Origin: Podarcis muralis
Lineage: Eukaryota
NCBI RefSeq assembly: GCF_964188315.1
Contig: NC_135658.1
Coordinates: 34,596,001-34,660,000 of the forward strand
Reading direction: 5' to 3'
Length of the DNA stretch: 64,000 nt
A program made the position numbers and the translations under genes. The notes beneath the pieces are model-generated. The model made no database searches, was not told where the DNA came from, and worked only from the letters and a program-made list of their open reading frames with translations. This document shows positions 48,616-62,391 of this stretch, piece by piece; within the stretch, counting starts at the first letter, position 1; each line of letters opens with the position of its first letter.

Positions 48616-51600
48616 TATTCAGAATCAGAGGCAGCATGCCTCTGAATACATCTTGATGGAGAACAGCAGCAGCAGGGGGTCATTTTCCCTCATGTGCTGC
48701 TTGTAGGCTTCCCAGAAGCGTCTAGTTGGCTGCCATACTTATGGAAAACAGGATGATGGATTTGATGCACTTTTGGTTGAATGCAGCAAGGCTCTTCACA
48801 AGTTCCCTGAGAGAAAGAGCTAGAAGAAGCTAAGATTTGGCCTAATAGAACTAAACAGAAAAAAGAAGGTGGAAACCACGAAGCAGTATTTGTAAGTGCA
48901 CACTAGAGGGGGTGTTTGCTGTACAATTCTATACAATCCCCACTCTTTTGAAAATCCAAATTTTTTGTTTGCATCATAATTAAATGTGAAACAGTCATTT
49001 CACGTTGCATTTATATGAAATTCCAAGGGGGGAAATATCTGAAGAGAGGTTGAGAGTCAGTAGTGCTCCACAGTAATTATGGATAAAATCAAACATTTGC
49101 AGTCAAGTACGGCTAAGTCTGCTATGTTCAGCATGGCTAGATTTGCTATGAAAGCGATCCAACTTAGAATAGTTTATGAGGACAAACGCTTGGATCAAGG
49201 GCTCTTACCTCAAGGATACTTCTTTGTCACTAGAGGCCCAAGTGTCCTCTGTAGCTAGGAATGCCTTCTACCAGCTGCATCTGGTTTGTTAGCTATGAAA
49301 CCTCCTGGAGAGGAATCGCTTGACAACTGCATTGGTAACCTCGAGGCTCGATTACCGTACTGTGTTCCATGCAGGGCTGCCCTTGGGCCTGGTTAGGAAG
49401 TGCTAACTGGTGCAGAATTGCACAGCTGTGGCTGTGGGGCAGGGCATAGTTGTGCAATGACACAGACTTGAAAAAGATAGTTTCACCTTAAACAATGTCT
49501 ATTCTTTTGGGAAAACGCCCACAAAATGGGTAGACAGTTAAAGCCTCAGGCATTTACAAACATTCTTTACACATTTTTTAAAACTAAGTAGTGTAAGTTA
49601 AGAACAAATGTCCCAATACTTGGGAGAGGGGCCACGCACAGTATTAACATATTTGAGTAATGCATAACGTGCCGGTTCATAATTACACACAGCTTCCATT
49701 CTTTGCTTTCTATATTCAGTCGATGTGGATTTAAAAGTCAGCTAATTTAAGACCTGACTTATCAGGCAAAAACGACCAGGAATGCGTGGAATATCACACT
49801 CAACAAAGCCCTCAGTATGACACTCTCATCATTTGCATATGTAGATATAATTCCAATGCAACCATTTGATAAGCAAAACTCTATTTTGTTTGGTTTTTTG
49901 GTTTTTTCTATTAAAAACATTTATTCTGCTATCAAGCAGAAAAGTAATAGCTACAGTTTTATCACATTGGCAGATTCACAGAATTTTCACACTTCAGAAA
50001 GAATTGCCTGTATATATATAATTTTCATAATTAAGCCTCACAAACATGGCCAGGGAAGAGGATTATATGTGTGGTTTAAATATTTTAGTGCTGAACGTGG
50101 GGGTTCTGATTTTTAAAACAGCTTATCTTCATGAAAGAAAATCTGTTATGTGATACACAATTCAGTTATAGTCTTCCTCAGCTTGAGCCTGTGTATGCCA
50201 TTTACAATACAAAAAGAGTTAAAGCTGTATTTAGAATATTGCAATACAGGTGTAAGCTCTGTCTTGTCCTTCCCAACCCAAGTCATCCCACCAATTCCCC
50301 CCTGCAAGTGGATGTGCCCCTGATACAAGGATTACGAGACAATCGTGAGTCTCCTCCTTGTTCTAATGGACTACAGTCACTACACAAATCAGCTCTAGGA
50401 AAGCATATCTCATCATGGAGGAGATGAACTGACAAAAATATGGTTTGGGGAAAATTTCTCAGCATGATCCAAGAAGCTCCTTTTGCCCCTAAATCAGTAG
50501 ACAAATAGCTCCACTGAAGACAACTGGAATGAACTTGCATGTTTTATTTCTAGGCTTAGCATCTCACTAGCAGAGAACAGAGGAGGAATAATGAAAATCT
50601 TGGGTTCTTTGTGGCCTAAAAAGGACACACCTTAAAAGTATGGAGCAATTCTACTCTACATGATTCAGTATCGCTTTATATTTACATTTGATTGAATGTC
50701 AAAGCAAATTAGTAGCACATTTTAGGACCCTGAAACTCCCTCAATCATTTCACTAAACAGCAATGAAATCCTTAAATAAAGGAGTTAAAAAGTAAGCACA
50801 CCTTTTCAACATTTTAAAACAGAAGATGCACTTCAAACAGAAAAGCTTATCTGAGAACAATTCTTGCCCAGTTTTATTTATTTAAATTGATACCCCGCCC
50901 TTCATCCCAGAGGAGCCCAGGGGGGCAATGTAAACCTCTTTTGCATTTCCCTTGTTTGATGACTCAGCAATCCTAAAGCTAGTAAATGCAGGTTCTAGTC
51001 CACACACTGCAGCACTAGTTTTTAAACTGAACAGCGTATCGCCTAGAGAGCTGGGAACAAGATTGTGTACAATTACCTGAATTATTGTTGGTCATATATT
51101 CATTTAAATGCAGATATGCAAAATTATCCAGTCTGCTCTACATTTAAAAGGGTTTTTTTGCCCCCTTTTTTGTTCTTGTTAATCTGGTTTGAATCAGGCT
51201 GTTCAGTTTAATATATTGCAAAGTGCTGACAAAGCCGACTTGCAAAAGCAGGATGTAAATTAATGGTTCCACCAATGTTTCAAGTATCTAAACAATCCCA
51301 TTAAAATATCTTGACATTTGAAAGGATAATTGACTGTTGAAATGGGAGTGTTTTCAGCTTCAAAGCATGCCCCTAATACCTTTAGCTTTTGTGAGATGGT
51401 CCTAAAAGCTTACACTTCATTTTCCCTTTTGCATGAACCTCTTATAACCATCGTCCCCACGGAATGTCTTTTCTTCTTGCTATTTTGATTTCCTTAAGGG
51501 GATTTTGTCAATTTTGCTGTGCTTTCGAAAGCAGGGAAGTGACATTGGTAACAAAGCTCTTTTATTCATTTTTAGGAAGCATGAGGAACGGCACAGCAGA

Positions 51601-51879
51601 TCTGCAAAGGTGAAAGCAGGCTACCTCGAAATAGGAAAAGACCCCCAAGTAGGCTCTACAACATTGCCATGATAGAGTGTGTAGTGTTTGTAAAAGAAAA
51701 TGCATTTATTGTTGTTCTAGATTTTAAAAATGCAATTTAAATATTACCTCAATGAAAGCATCAGATAGAGTAAATATAATAAATATAAATACACACAGAG
51801 AGAGGTTGAGAGAGAATATCTCAATTCGTCCAGCTATAGCTTGTTGTAAACATTTCATCTGTTGGATGTATGACTATAG

Positions 51880-52680
51880 ACCCTGGAGAAGCGACCGCCG
51901 CCACCGCTCCAAGGACATATGACTAGAAGCTGCTATTGGCAGAAGAGAACTGGTATATCACACTGATCCTGGCCTGACTGCACTGACTGCCATAGTTTAC
52001 CAGGGTTCAAGTCAAAGTGCTGGTTTTGACCTATTAAGCCTTAAACGGCTCAGGACTCAATACCTCAAGGACTGACTCTCCCCACATGAACTGACCCAGA
52101 CCCTGTGATTAGGGTGTTTTTGGTGGGGGGTATTTTTGGAGGGGGGGGGGAGGCAAAATTGTTGCGCTTCTTAGGGGAACATATCCTTGAAATAAACAAG
52201 TCTTTGGGCTTTTATTTTAATTTAAAAGCATTTTTCTTAAAACATCGCCCTAGTTGCAATACATCCGGGTTTTCCTGGACATTTTGCAGATTCAGCGAAA
52301 ATCCGCCCGGACGTCATTTTGACAGTTCGATTCCTGGACTTGTCCGGGGGGGAAACAGATGTATGGCAGCCCTCCCTGCCTGTGTTCATAATCTGAGGCC
52401 CTTCTTTGCTTGCCTCCTCCATGAGAGGAATGGAGTGTGGCAACATGAGAATAGGCCTTTTCTATGGTGGCTCCCAGTTTGTGGAATGCTTTCCTCAGGG
52501 GGCTCACGTGGCGCCTCGGTTACATAGCTTTAAGTGCCAGGCAAAAACATTCCTCTTCAACCAGGCTTTGGGTTGATTAAACAATTTATAGCCTTTCAAA
52601 CTGTGGCAGGTGTTGGTATTATTTTTGTTTGTTAGTACAGTATGAATTTATATATTTTTATAATGTAAACCTGTGATCCA
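51880..52680 (+). mobile_element. Degenerate L2 3' region, interrupted at about 52111-52373 by a TAGGGT...GCAGCCCT (hAT-Blackjack-like) element
   Basis: L2 motifs gactgcactgactgcc...ctggttttgacctattaagcc and ttttctatggtggctccc...tggaatgc; the insert has no clean TSD. Confidence 0.55.
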
Positions 52681-54004
52681 TGGATGAAGGGCATTATAGA
52701 AACAACAACTTATTAGCTCCCAAAAAGTATTATGTGAACAATGGTGATTGGCTCATCAGGTAAAATGGAGCCCTACCCCACCTGCCTCAGTCTGCCCCCA
52801 GCTAGTCCCCACATGCCTACTCTCTTCCTTACAACCCCCACCCCAGCTGCCCCCCCCCCCCCCCGCTTCTTCCTCCTTGGTCTCAGTGGTGCCCTTGAAT
52901 AACTCAGCAGGGACGAAGTGGGGGCAAAACAAGAATTAGTAGAACAAGAATTAGTTCGCTCTGCCCATTGTCATCTGTGGTTACCTGTGTCATTGACTCT
53001 GGCTCCCCCTACTGTTGGCCTCCCTCCCTCTCTTCATTCCACCCCACCTATCCCAATGGCCATCAGCCACTACTGCATATGAAGCAGCCTTGAAATGCTT
53101 AAGTATGATGCTAGTTTCAATTTGCTTAATATTATTCTTGAATATGATTCTCTGTTGCAATCCCATGGTTTTACGGCTTGATTCCTTGCCATAAAATACT
53201 TTCTTACCCACTTCTTTCTACAAACTAGCAAAACACAGCGTTGGCCTTTCATTTGTTCACTTTGATGCTGTGCACACTGTGTTTTCTTAGTTCTTGACTC
53301 CACGCTGCTTTATGGCTTATCTGTCTTTCAGAAAAGTACAGCAAAAATTGAAGTTTGTGTCTTGGGCCTGAGTCTCTGCCATGTACAGTAATTCAGCCCA
53401 CTGTACTTTGATTATCCCGTCCAAGAAGGGGTGGGGAGAGAAAGACAACCGCCGCTCTTATTTTCTTTTCTTTGTATTAATTTTATAGCTCCTTAGAAAC
53501 CCCAAATCCCAGTCCAAGGGAGATATTCAAACCATGAAAAATGTCTATACAATATTTTTCTTGAAAAGGTCTCTGGCCCTTCAGACCGTTTTTATTGGAA
53601 GGCAGCATTTCCCCCACCCAATTGCAAAAGAGAAATCTTGTCTTGTGCGTACGTTCCCTCCAATTCTGGAAGAGAAGGTATGTCTATCCAAAAAAGCAAA
53701 ATGAAGTGCTACAATCCGCCCCAAAGGAAAACAAAGCTGAAAACCACTGGCCACATATGTCTCTGCCCCTCCCATCTCTTTTGCTTTACTGTTGTCGCCC
53801 TTTTCAGGTGTTCACCTTGATCACAGGAGGGATAAACGTGTGCAGGTGGACAAGCATGAGAAGTCATGCCTTCAGTGTTTTGGACCTCACTCTCTAGAAC
53901 TCCCTCCCACAAGAAGTTAGAAAGGCATTGTCCTTACTAAATGTCAGATTCTTGGTCAAGATTGTCTTATTTATTTATTGTTTTCTCTTTTTGTAAACCA
54001 CGTT

Positions 54005-54006
<2 letters not shown>

Positions 54007-54042
<36 letters not shown>
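54007..54042 (+). repeat. (GT)n microsatellite
   Basis: Direct reading. Confidence 0.95.
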
Positions 54043-54045
<3 letters not shown>

Positions 54046-54276
54046 ACAAATCAAACAGTGTATAAATTTTATGAAATTATAATAAAATAAAATAAATTTC
54101 AGGAAGACTTTGCACCATGAATGCTTCACAGTTGTTTTTTTTAATGGTTGAGATTTTAAATTCTAGAGGTTTTAAAATTTGGAAGTTTAATTTAGGCTTT
54201 ACATTTTTGCATATTTCAGTGTTGCACTCTGCTTTGAGACCTAGACGGTAAAAAGCAGGATATACAATTTAAAATA

Positions 54277-54780
54277 CCCCAGACAGCATCTTAAAAAGCA
54301 GAGACATCACCTTGACAACGAAGGTCTGTATAGTTAAAGCTATGGTTTCCCCAGTAGTGATGTATGGAAGTGAGAGCTGGACCATAAAGAAGGCTGATAG
54401 CCGAAGAATTGATGCTTTTGAATTATGGTGCTGGAGGAGACTCTTGAGAGTCCCATGGACTGCAAGAAGATCAAACCTATCCATTCTTAAGGAAATCAGC
54501 CCTGAGTGCTCACTGGAAGGACAGATCCTGAAGCTGAGGCTCCAATACTTTGGCCACCTCATGAGAAGAGAAGACTCCCTGGAAAAGACCCTGATGTTGG
54601 GGAAAGATGGAGGGCACAAGGAGAAGGGGACGACAGAGGACGAGATGGTTGGACAGTGTTCTCGAAGCTACAAACATGAGCCTGACCAAACTGCGGGAGG
54701 CAGTGGAAGACAGGAGTGCCTGGCGTGCTCTGGTCCATGGGGTCACGAAGAGTCGGACACGACTAAATGACTAAACAACA
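54277..54780 (+). mobile_element. Bov-B (RTE) LINE 3' fragment, about 500 bp
   Basis: Near-identical to 12148-12652; 13-bp TSD ACAATTTAAAATA. Confidence 0.95.
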
Positions 54781-55481
54781 ACAATTTAAAATAAATAAGC
54801 ATCCTCTGCATTAACATCCTCTGCATGCTGGGTGCACCATCTCTTCCTCACTCCCTCCGTGCATTTAATGCAAAGGTCTGAAAGATGCTTCAGCTGAATG
54901 CTGTTAGAAGAGGACTCTCCTGTCGTTTGATATGGAGAATGTTCTGTAGATTTGATGTAGCCTTGCTTTGACGCTGTAGGCAATTTAAATGATTTCTAAT
55001 AAAACTCAGCTGCCCAACTCTAATGGGAGTGCCAGAATTTCCTTTCTTTTCAGATAGGGGCCTTAGGGCAGGTGGCAGCAGCTGGGTCCCCAGCAGTTGC
55101 CCAAGGGTGCTTCATGCAGTTGGTGGGCCTAACTGGCCCATTCCTGAACATATATTTATTATAACTACTACATAGGCTGCTCATGGAGCAGGGAGGCTAC
55201 TGCAGCCCTGTTATATGTGGTGGTCAGAGCAGAAGGTATGGGCAGTAAGGTTTGTTTGCCAGCCTGCAGGTGGTGCCACAATTGGGCCTGATGCTGCTGC
55301 ACAATGGCAATGAGACGGATCCAATGGATCCCAGGCAGACTCATTGTCTCCTTGCTTCTGGAATGCTACATTTTGGGGCCTTCCACTAGTTCCCACCAGT
55401 GGAACTCCTGCCCACCGGACAGGTGGCAAGAGATCAGCTTAGTTAGGAGTGCTGGATAGAGGGACGCTTCTACCCTACCAT

Positions 55482-55850
55482 AGGAAGCGGGCGGCACTGT
55501 GGTCTAAACCACTGAGCCTCTTGGGCTTGCCGATCGGAAGGTCGGCAGTTCAAATCCCCATGACGGAGTGAGCCCCCGTTGCTCTGTCCCAGCGCCTGCC
55601 AACCTAGCAGTTTGAAAGCATACCAGCACGAGTAGATAAATAGGTACTGCTGTGGCGGGAAGGTAAATGGTGTTTCCGTGCGCTCTGGCTTCTATCACGG
55701 TGTCCTGTTGTACCAGAAGCGGTTTAGTCATGCTGGCCACATGACCCGGAAAGCTGTCTGTGGACAAACGCTGGCTCCCTTGGCCTGAAAGCAAGATGAG
55801 TGCCGCAACCCCATCTAGGGGTCCTTTACCTTACCTTTACCTTTTTACCT
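55482..55850 (+). mobile_element. Sauria SINE (small internal 3' deletion)
   Basis: TSD CTACCC[T/A]ACCAT (55470-55481, 55851-55862); ACCTTT tail. Confidence 0.9.
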
Positions 55851-57269
55851 CTACCCAACCATCTCCCTCTCACTATACTTTTTACTTGTTCTTTATCTAC
55901 AACAGTTTGAATGAATTATTTTTCCTGCTGAAATCAACAAAAAGAAGTGACTGTTAGTATTTCACGCCTCCGATGTTGCAGATGAGACTGGTGTAAATCA
56001 CATGCCTGTCTGGAAAGAGTGTGGGAACGGAAGACGGTCTTATCTCTTCCGCTGTATGTACTATTGTACTGTACTTTTGCTTTTACTTGTCCCTTTTTTC
56101 TTCTCTCGGAGCTGGAGAGAGAGGACGCCATGATTCTCTTTGTCTGTACATAGTGTGTAAATAAATACGTAGATTAGCTCTACGATGTCTCATGATTCTT
56201 GCTGTGTTATGCTAGAAGATTAGTGTGCATATATCATTTGATATATGTCACTGAAGCGCACTGGAGAAGAAGGGAAATGCCTTTTACTGTAGTACGCTCG
56301 GAGTGCAGGGGCAGCCCAGGGCGTTTTTCCAACAGCGACTTCAGTAACAGTAGCCCTTGTATCCCATTGGGGGGGGGGGGGAGAGACGCAGGCCATGGAA
56401 TAGCTCTGAAAGTGACATATATGGCTGATTCCTGCTTTCCAAAGAAAGCTGAGAAAGCAGGCACACATGTATTGTTTCCTGCACAATTTTAATATATTCT
56501 AAAAAGCAGCTGATCACCCTTCACAGGTCTCTGAATGTATCTGGAAGTGGGATTGTCAAGGCAAAATTCTGTTCACATCACTCAATGGGATGCATAGCTG
56601 CTTCAGCAGCCAGTCTGCCCCATACCTGGAGAAGTGAGCATTTCTCCTCCTCCTCCTCCTCCTAAGAGGCTTTGCCTGCCAAGTGTCAACACTACTGTCA
56701 AGCCTATAAATCTTGGAGATTACTTTTGTTTGGAACTTCTCCTGCTATCCTGATGAGGAAATAATGGAACTGCCGAATTCCTCTGGTACATACAAAGCTA
56801 AATTGAAAATAAAGTTGAAATGTAATCAGGCACAGATGGTTTTGATATATATTTCTGAGTGGTTTAATCACTGTGTCATTAGTTTGCCAAATAACACGAC
56901 TGGGATATGTCAGATCTTAAGCCATATTCTGCTTTTAACAGAAACGATCAAACATGTTGCTTTGCTGGCTGTACGCAAAGAAACATTGTGATTGGGTTTT
57001 TTTACCCAGGTACAGAGACTGGATGGAAGAAAACACAACAGCCCCAAATGTCCTCTGTATTATTATTATTTTTCAAAGGAAGACTGATATTTTAAAAACC
57101 TTGATGGACCAAAAAACCAAAGGTTGGGTTTCCCTGTAAAGCCTGTTAGCATGGTGCTTGTTTCTTGCAGACACCAAGCAGTTGACATCAGTGAAAACTA
57201 AGCAGGCCTGTAAGTTTGTTATTTTAGAGGTGGCAGCATACAGTGCCAGGAGGAAATTGAATATTTGAC

Positions 57270-59649
57270 TTAAAGTCAAAGCCAGGATTGACTTTCCACC
57301 CCCACCCTGCTTAGGTGGCGAGCCGATTTGGGCTTGACCGCAGAGGCTGATGGACCCTGATAGATTCCGCCAAGCCTTGCGGGACCTTGCTCCCCCTGGC
57401 GACTCATTGACTGAGCTTGTTGAGGGCTGGAATACCCAGCTCCTGGCAGCCATCGATGAGATCGCACCTAAGCGCCCTCTGCGACCCCGCAGAAACCGGG
57501 CTCCATGGTTTACCGAGGAGCTCCGGAAAATGAAGCGGGACCTCAGACGGCTAGAGCGAGTATGGCGGGGTGCCCATGACGGAGCCTCAAGAACATCTTA
57601 TAGGGCTTTTATGAAAACCTACGAGATGGCGGTGAAGGCTGCTAAGAAGTCATACTTCTCGGCCTCCATTGCATCCGCTAGCTCTCGCCCAGCGCAATTA
57701 TTTAGTATAATCAGGTCTTTAACGTCCCTTGAGGGACAGCCAAATTTAAATAACAATTTGACACATAGCTGTGAGGCATTTGCGAGCTTTTTTGCGGAGA
57801 AGGTCTTGTTGCTCCGCCATGACCTCCCTGCCAATTTGGATACAATAAAGGAACTGGAGGCCCCTCGACTGTCCTCGGCTCCAGTATTGGACCACTTCGA
57901 CCGGATATCCCCAGCCGATGTGTACAGACTCCTCTGAGCTGGAAAGCCCACCACTTGTCCTCTTGACCCGTGCCCGTCTTGGCTGATTAGAGCGTGTCCA
58001 GACGAGGTGCGGGCCCTCCTGGGGGATATCATCAATTTGTCCCTTGGCACGGGGACATTCCCAGGGGAACTGAAGGAGGCAGTGGTGCGCCCGCTCTTAA
58101 AGAAAACATCATTAGATCCTTTAGATCTATCCAATTACCGCCCGGTTTTGAATCTTCCGTTCCTGGGTAAGGTGATTGAGAGAGCGGTTGCTGAACAGCT
58201 TGGTGGGTTTCTGGATGAAACATCGGCTCTGGATCCATTCCAGTCCGGCTTCCGCGCTGGTCATGGGACCGAGACGGCTCTGGTTGCCCTAACAGATGAT
58301 CTTCGTAGACAGCTGGATCGAGGCGGGTCGGGGCTGCTGATTCTTCTAGATCTGTCAGCAGCTTTCGACATGGTCGATCATGAACTTCTGGACCACCGCC
58401 TTGCCGACGTGGGGATCCAGGGCACAGTCCTTCAATGGCTGCGCTCGTTTCTCTCTGGTCGGGGACAGAGGGTGGCGCTTGGGGGGGAATTGTCATCGCG
58501 CCACTCCTTGGTATGTGGAGTACCTCAGGGTGCGATACTCTCCCCGATGCTTTTCAACATCTTTATGCGCCCCCTCGCCCAGCTTGTTCGGAGTTTTGGG
58601 CTGGGTTGCCATCAGTATGCTGATGACACCCAACTCTATCTGTTGATGGATGGCCATCCTGACTTGGCCCCAGAGACACTGACCAGATGTTTGGAAGCTG
58701 TGGCTGGATGGTTACGTGGGAGCCGGTTGAAGCTAAATCCTTCGAAGACAGAGGTCCTGTGGCTGGGACGGGGCGATATGGGATTGGGGGGGCAACTCCC
58801 ATCTCTTGCGGGGGTGCAATTAGTGCCAGCACCGTCCGTTAAGAGTTTGGGTGTAATCTTCGACACCTCCCTTTCCATGGAGGCGCAGATTGCAGCTATA
58901 ACAAAGGCGGCATTTTCCCATCTCCGCCAAGCTAAGCAGTTGGCTCCTTACCTCTCTCGCCCTGACCTAGCCACTGTGATCCACGCGACGGTCACCTCCA
59001 GACTGGATTATTGTAACTCGCTCTACGTGGGGCTGCCCTTGAGACTGACCCAGAAACTCCAGCGGGTGCAGAATGCTGCAGCGAGACTCCTTACAAGGTC
59101 TTCGCTGCAAGATCACATTCACCCGGTGCTATACCAGCTGCACTGGCTCCCGGTGGAGTACAGGATCAGGTTTAAGGTGCTGGTTTTAACCTTTAAAGCC
59201 CTATACGGCTTAGGACCCTCGTACCTACGGGACCGCCTCTCCTGGTATGCCCCACAGAGAAACTTACGGTCTTCAAATAAAAACATCTTGAAGGTCCCAG
59301 GCCACAGAGAAGTTAGGCTGGCCTCAACGAGAGCCAGGGCCTTTTCGGCTGTGGCTCCGATCTGGTGGAACGCTCTGTCATAAGAGACCAGGGCCCTGCG
59401 GGACTTGACATCTTTCCGCAGGGCCTGCAAGACAGAGCTGTTCCACCAGGCCTTTGGCAAGGGCACAGCCTGACTCCCTCCTTCGGCAATCTTCGCGGAG
59501 CTCTGGCCCAATGGCTGCCAGTGGCTTGAATTAATTAATTTTAGAATGAATGATTTTAGAGTGTTGTTTATGTTGTACTTTTGTACTGTTTTATTGTTGT
59601 TAGCCGCCCTGAGCCCGGCTAAGGCTGGGGAGGGCGGGATATAAATAAA

Positions 59650-59692
<43 letters not shown>
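57270..59692 (+). mobile_element. L2 LINE, 5' truncated, reverse transcriptase region with three in-frame nonsense codons
   Basis: ORFs 57350..57937 and 58007..59383 are in the same frame; RT motifs NYRPVLNLPF, QSGFRAGHGTETAL, LDLSAAFD, GVPQG, YADD; natural stop at 59471-59473; (ATT)n tail. Confidence 0.95.
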
Positions 59693-59694
<2 letters not shown>

Positions 59695-59875
59695 AAATAT
59701 GAAATTTCTTCAGCTAAGCTGCCTATCCATGAACTCATGTTTGAATTGTTAACTAAAATGGTAAATCCACACAAAGGCAATTTTGCTTCTGATAAGAAGA
59801 ACATAAGAAGTTGCCTTATGTTCCAAATCCATTGGTCAGGATTTGCCACACCCAAGTTTACTGTGTGTTTGCCGC

Positions 59876-60672
59876 TATTTGCCTTCCTTAACAGATTGGA
59901 GAACTGGGCCAAAACTAACCTAATGAGTTTCAACAGGGACAAATGTAAGGTTCTGCACTTAGGCAGAATAACCAGTTGTGCAAATATAAGATGGGGGACA
60001 CCTCACTTGCCAATAGTACATGTGAAAAGGATCTAGGGGACCACAAGCTTAACATCAATGGTGTGATGCAGCAGCAAAAAAGCTAATGCAATTCTAGGCT
60101 GCATCAACAGAAGTATAGGGTCCCAATTAAGGGAAGTAATAGTACCACTCTATTCTGCCTTGGTCTGACCACACCTGGAGTACGGTGTCTAGTTCTGGAC
60201 ACCACAATTTAAGAAGGATATTGACAATCTGGAACGTGTGCAGAGGAGGGTGACCAAGGTTATCAAGGATCTGGAAACCAAGTCTTATGAAGAATGGTTG
60301 AGGGAGTTGCATATGTTTAGCCTGAAAGAGAGGAGACTGGGAGGAGATATGATAGCTATCTTCAGTCTGAAGGGCTATCATATGGAAGATGGAGTTAGCT
60401 GGTTTTCTCCTGCTCCAGAGCGTAGGACCCAAGCCAATGGCTTCAGGTTACAAGAAAGGAGATTCCGACTCAATATCAGGAAGAACGTTCTGACAGTAAG
60501 AGCCGTTCAACAGTGGAACCGTCTGCCTCAGGAGTTGGTGGACTTTCCTTCTTTGGAGGTTTTTAAGCAGAGGCTGGATGGCCATCTGTCATGGATGCTT
60601 TAACTAAGATTCCTGCATTGCAGGGGGTTACACTAGATGACCCTCAAAGTCCCTTCCAACTCTACAATTTTA
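59876..60672 (+). mobile_element. CR1 LINE 3' fragment
   Basis: MSFNRDKCKVLHLG, VQRRVTKVIKDLE...FKQRLDGHLS; tail cctgcattgcagggggttacactagatgaccc. Confidence 0.9.
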
Positions 60673-60888
60673 TAATTCCACCTGTAAGCAACACCAATTT
60701 TAATGGTTTTCCTCTGTAAATTCATATCTACCCAATAATCAAATATATTGGGGAAAAATTGGCCCCATATAGCTCACTCAGGGTCACAGGTGTATTGGCG
60801 TGAGTGGATCAATCATCACTTTCTGCTACTCTCCTTTCCAGGCCCACTGCTTCCTTGAATCTCTGGTTTCTTTTTGGTTATGCTCATA

Positions 60889-60938
60889 ACAAGAAGAAGA
60901 AGAAGAAGAAGAAGAAGAAGAAGAAGAAGAAGAAGAAG
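60889..60938 (+). repeat. (AAG)n microsatellite
   Basis: Direct reading. Confidence 0.95.
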
Positions 60939-60945
60939 AGGAGGA

Positions 60946-61183
60946 GTTTGGATTTGATATCCCGCTTTATCACAACCCGAAGGAGTCTCAAAGCGGCTAA
61001 CATTCTCCTTTCCCTTCCTCCCCCACAACAAACACTCTGTGAGGTGAGTGGGGCTGAGAGACTTCAAAGAAGTATGACTAGCCCAAGGTCACCCAGCAGC
61101 TGTATGTGGAGGAGCGGGGAAGCGAACCCGGTTCCCCAGATTACAAGTCTACCACTCTTAACCACTACACCACACTGGCTCTC
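60946..61183 (-). mobile_element. tRNA-derived SINE2 (same family as 46533-46772) with an adjacent (AAG)n tract
   Basis: Near-identical to 46533-46772. Confidence 0.88.
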
Positions 61184-62087
61184 TGAACAGAGTATAGCAT
61201 TATATATGTTTTCTTTTCTTTTGAACCCTCAGATCTGCACAAAACTAGAAAACTGCAAAAGCATACCACATTAAAAACTGTGTGCTGAGCATTTACAATT
61301 GCTTGACTGCAAGAGATGTTGGGAATTGAACCAGGGAATTTACACATTTACTGTACCACTGAGTTTCATCCTTTCCCCAGATATTCATAGAAGACTCTAC
61401 GGTATAACAACCCATCACTTGAATATTATCTAATTTAGATTGTAAGCATCTTGGGTCAGGGGCCTAGCCTTTCTGCTCATGCTACTCTGTAAAAGGCTAT
61501 GTACACAAACAGTGATTTATACCTAAGCAAGCCGATCATCTTGGTTCATTTTGAACCTTGTGTATCTCAGCAAGGAGTCAGCACATCTGTTTACATTGTC
61601 ACAGGGTCTCTAAGGTTTCCCTAGCACAGTAAGCTCTTTGAAGAACAGACAGGGAGACAATTCTTCCAGCATGTTCTGTGAATGTTTTAGTAATGGCAAA
61701 TAAAAATAACGGATTTACTTTGATGTCTCTGGCTCCAGACAGAAAGCACTCTGGGGGCCTGACTGTCCGTAGTGGAAAAACCGTTACTCTAGAGATCAAG
61801 GACTGATAAGCTGGTGTCCAGCTGCCACTTTCCATGAAATGTTACCACGAAAGGCTAATTCATAGAGTTTGTAGCGTAAGAGAGAACTGATGAATTCCTG
61901 CATCAAATGTCTCTAGGGCTAAATGCACATCTGAATCCTAAGAACATAGGACGTTAATGCCAAGTCAGACCATTGGCCGTTCCAGCTCAGGATTGTTGAC
62001 ACAGACTGGCAGCAGCGGCCAAGACTTTTACGCAGGGGTTTTCCCCAGCCTTACCTGGAAACACCACGGATTGAACCCTGCAGCCTA

Positions 62088-62391
62088 TGACAGAGTAAGC
62101 TCCCGTTGCTCTGTCCCAGCTCCTGCCAACCTAGCAGTTCGAAAGCACACCAGTGCAAGTAGATAAATAGGTACTGCTGTAGTGGGAAGGTAAACAGTGT
62201 TTCCGTGTGCTCTGGTTTCCGTCACGGTGTTCTGTTGAGCCTGAAGCGGTTTAGTCATACTGACCACATGACCTGGAAAGCTGTCTGTGGACAAACACCA
62301 GCTCCCTCGGCCTGAAAGCGAGATGAGTGCCACACCCCATAGTCGCCTTTGACTGGACTTAACTGTCCAGGGGTCCTTTACCTTTACCTTA
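62088..62391 (+). mobile_element. Sauria SINE, 5' truncated, inserted in an older SINE
   Basis: cctgccaacctagcagttcgaaagcac core; gggtcctttacctttacctt tail. Confidence 0.88.

Noticed and set aside
60804-61274. 156-aa ORF with poly-Lys, and other poly-Leu/Asn/Tyr/CV ORFs
   Set aside because: Translations of microsatellites and SINEs.
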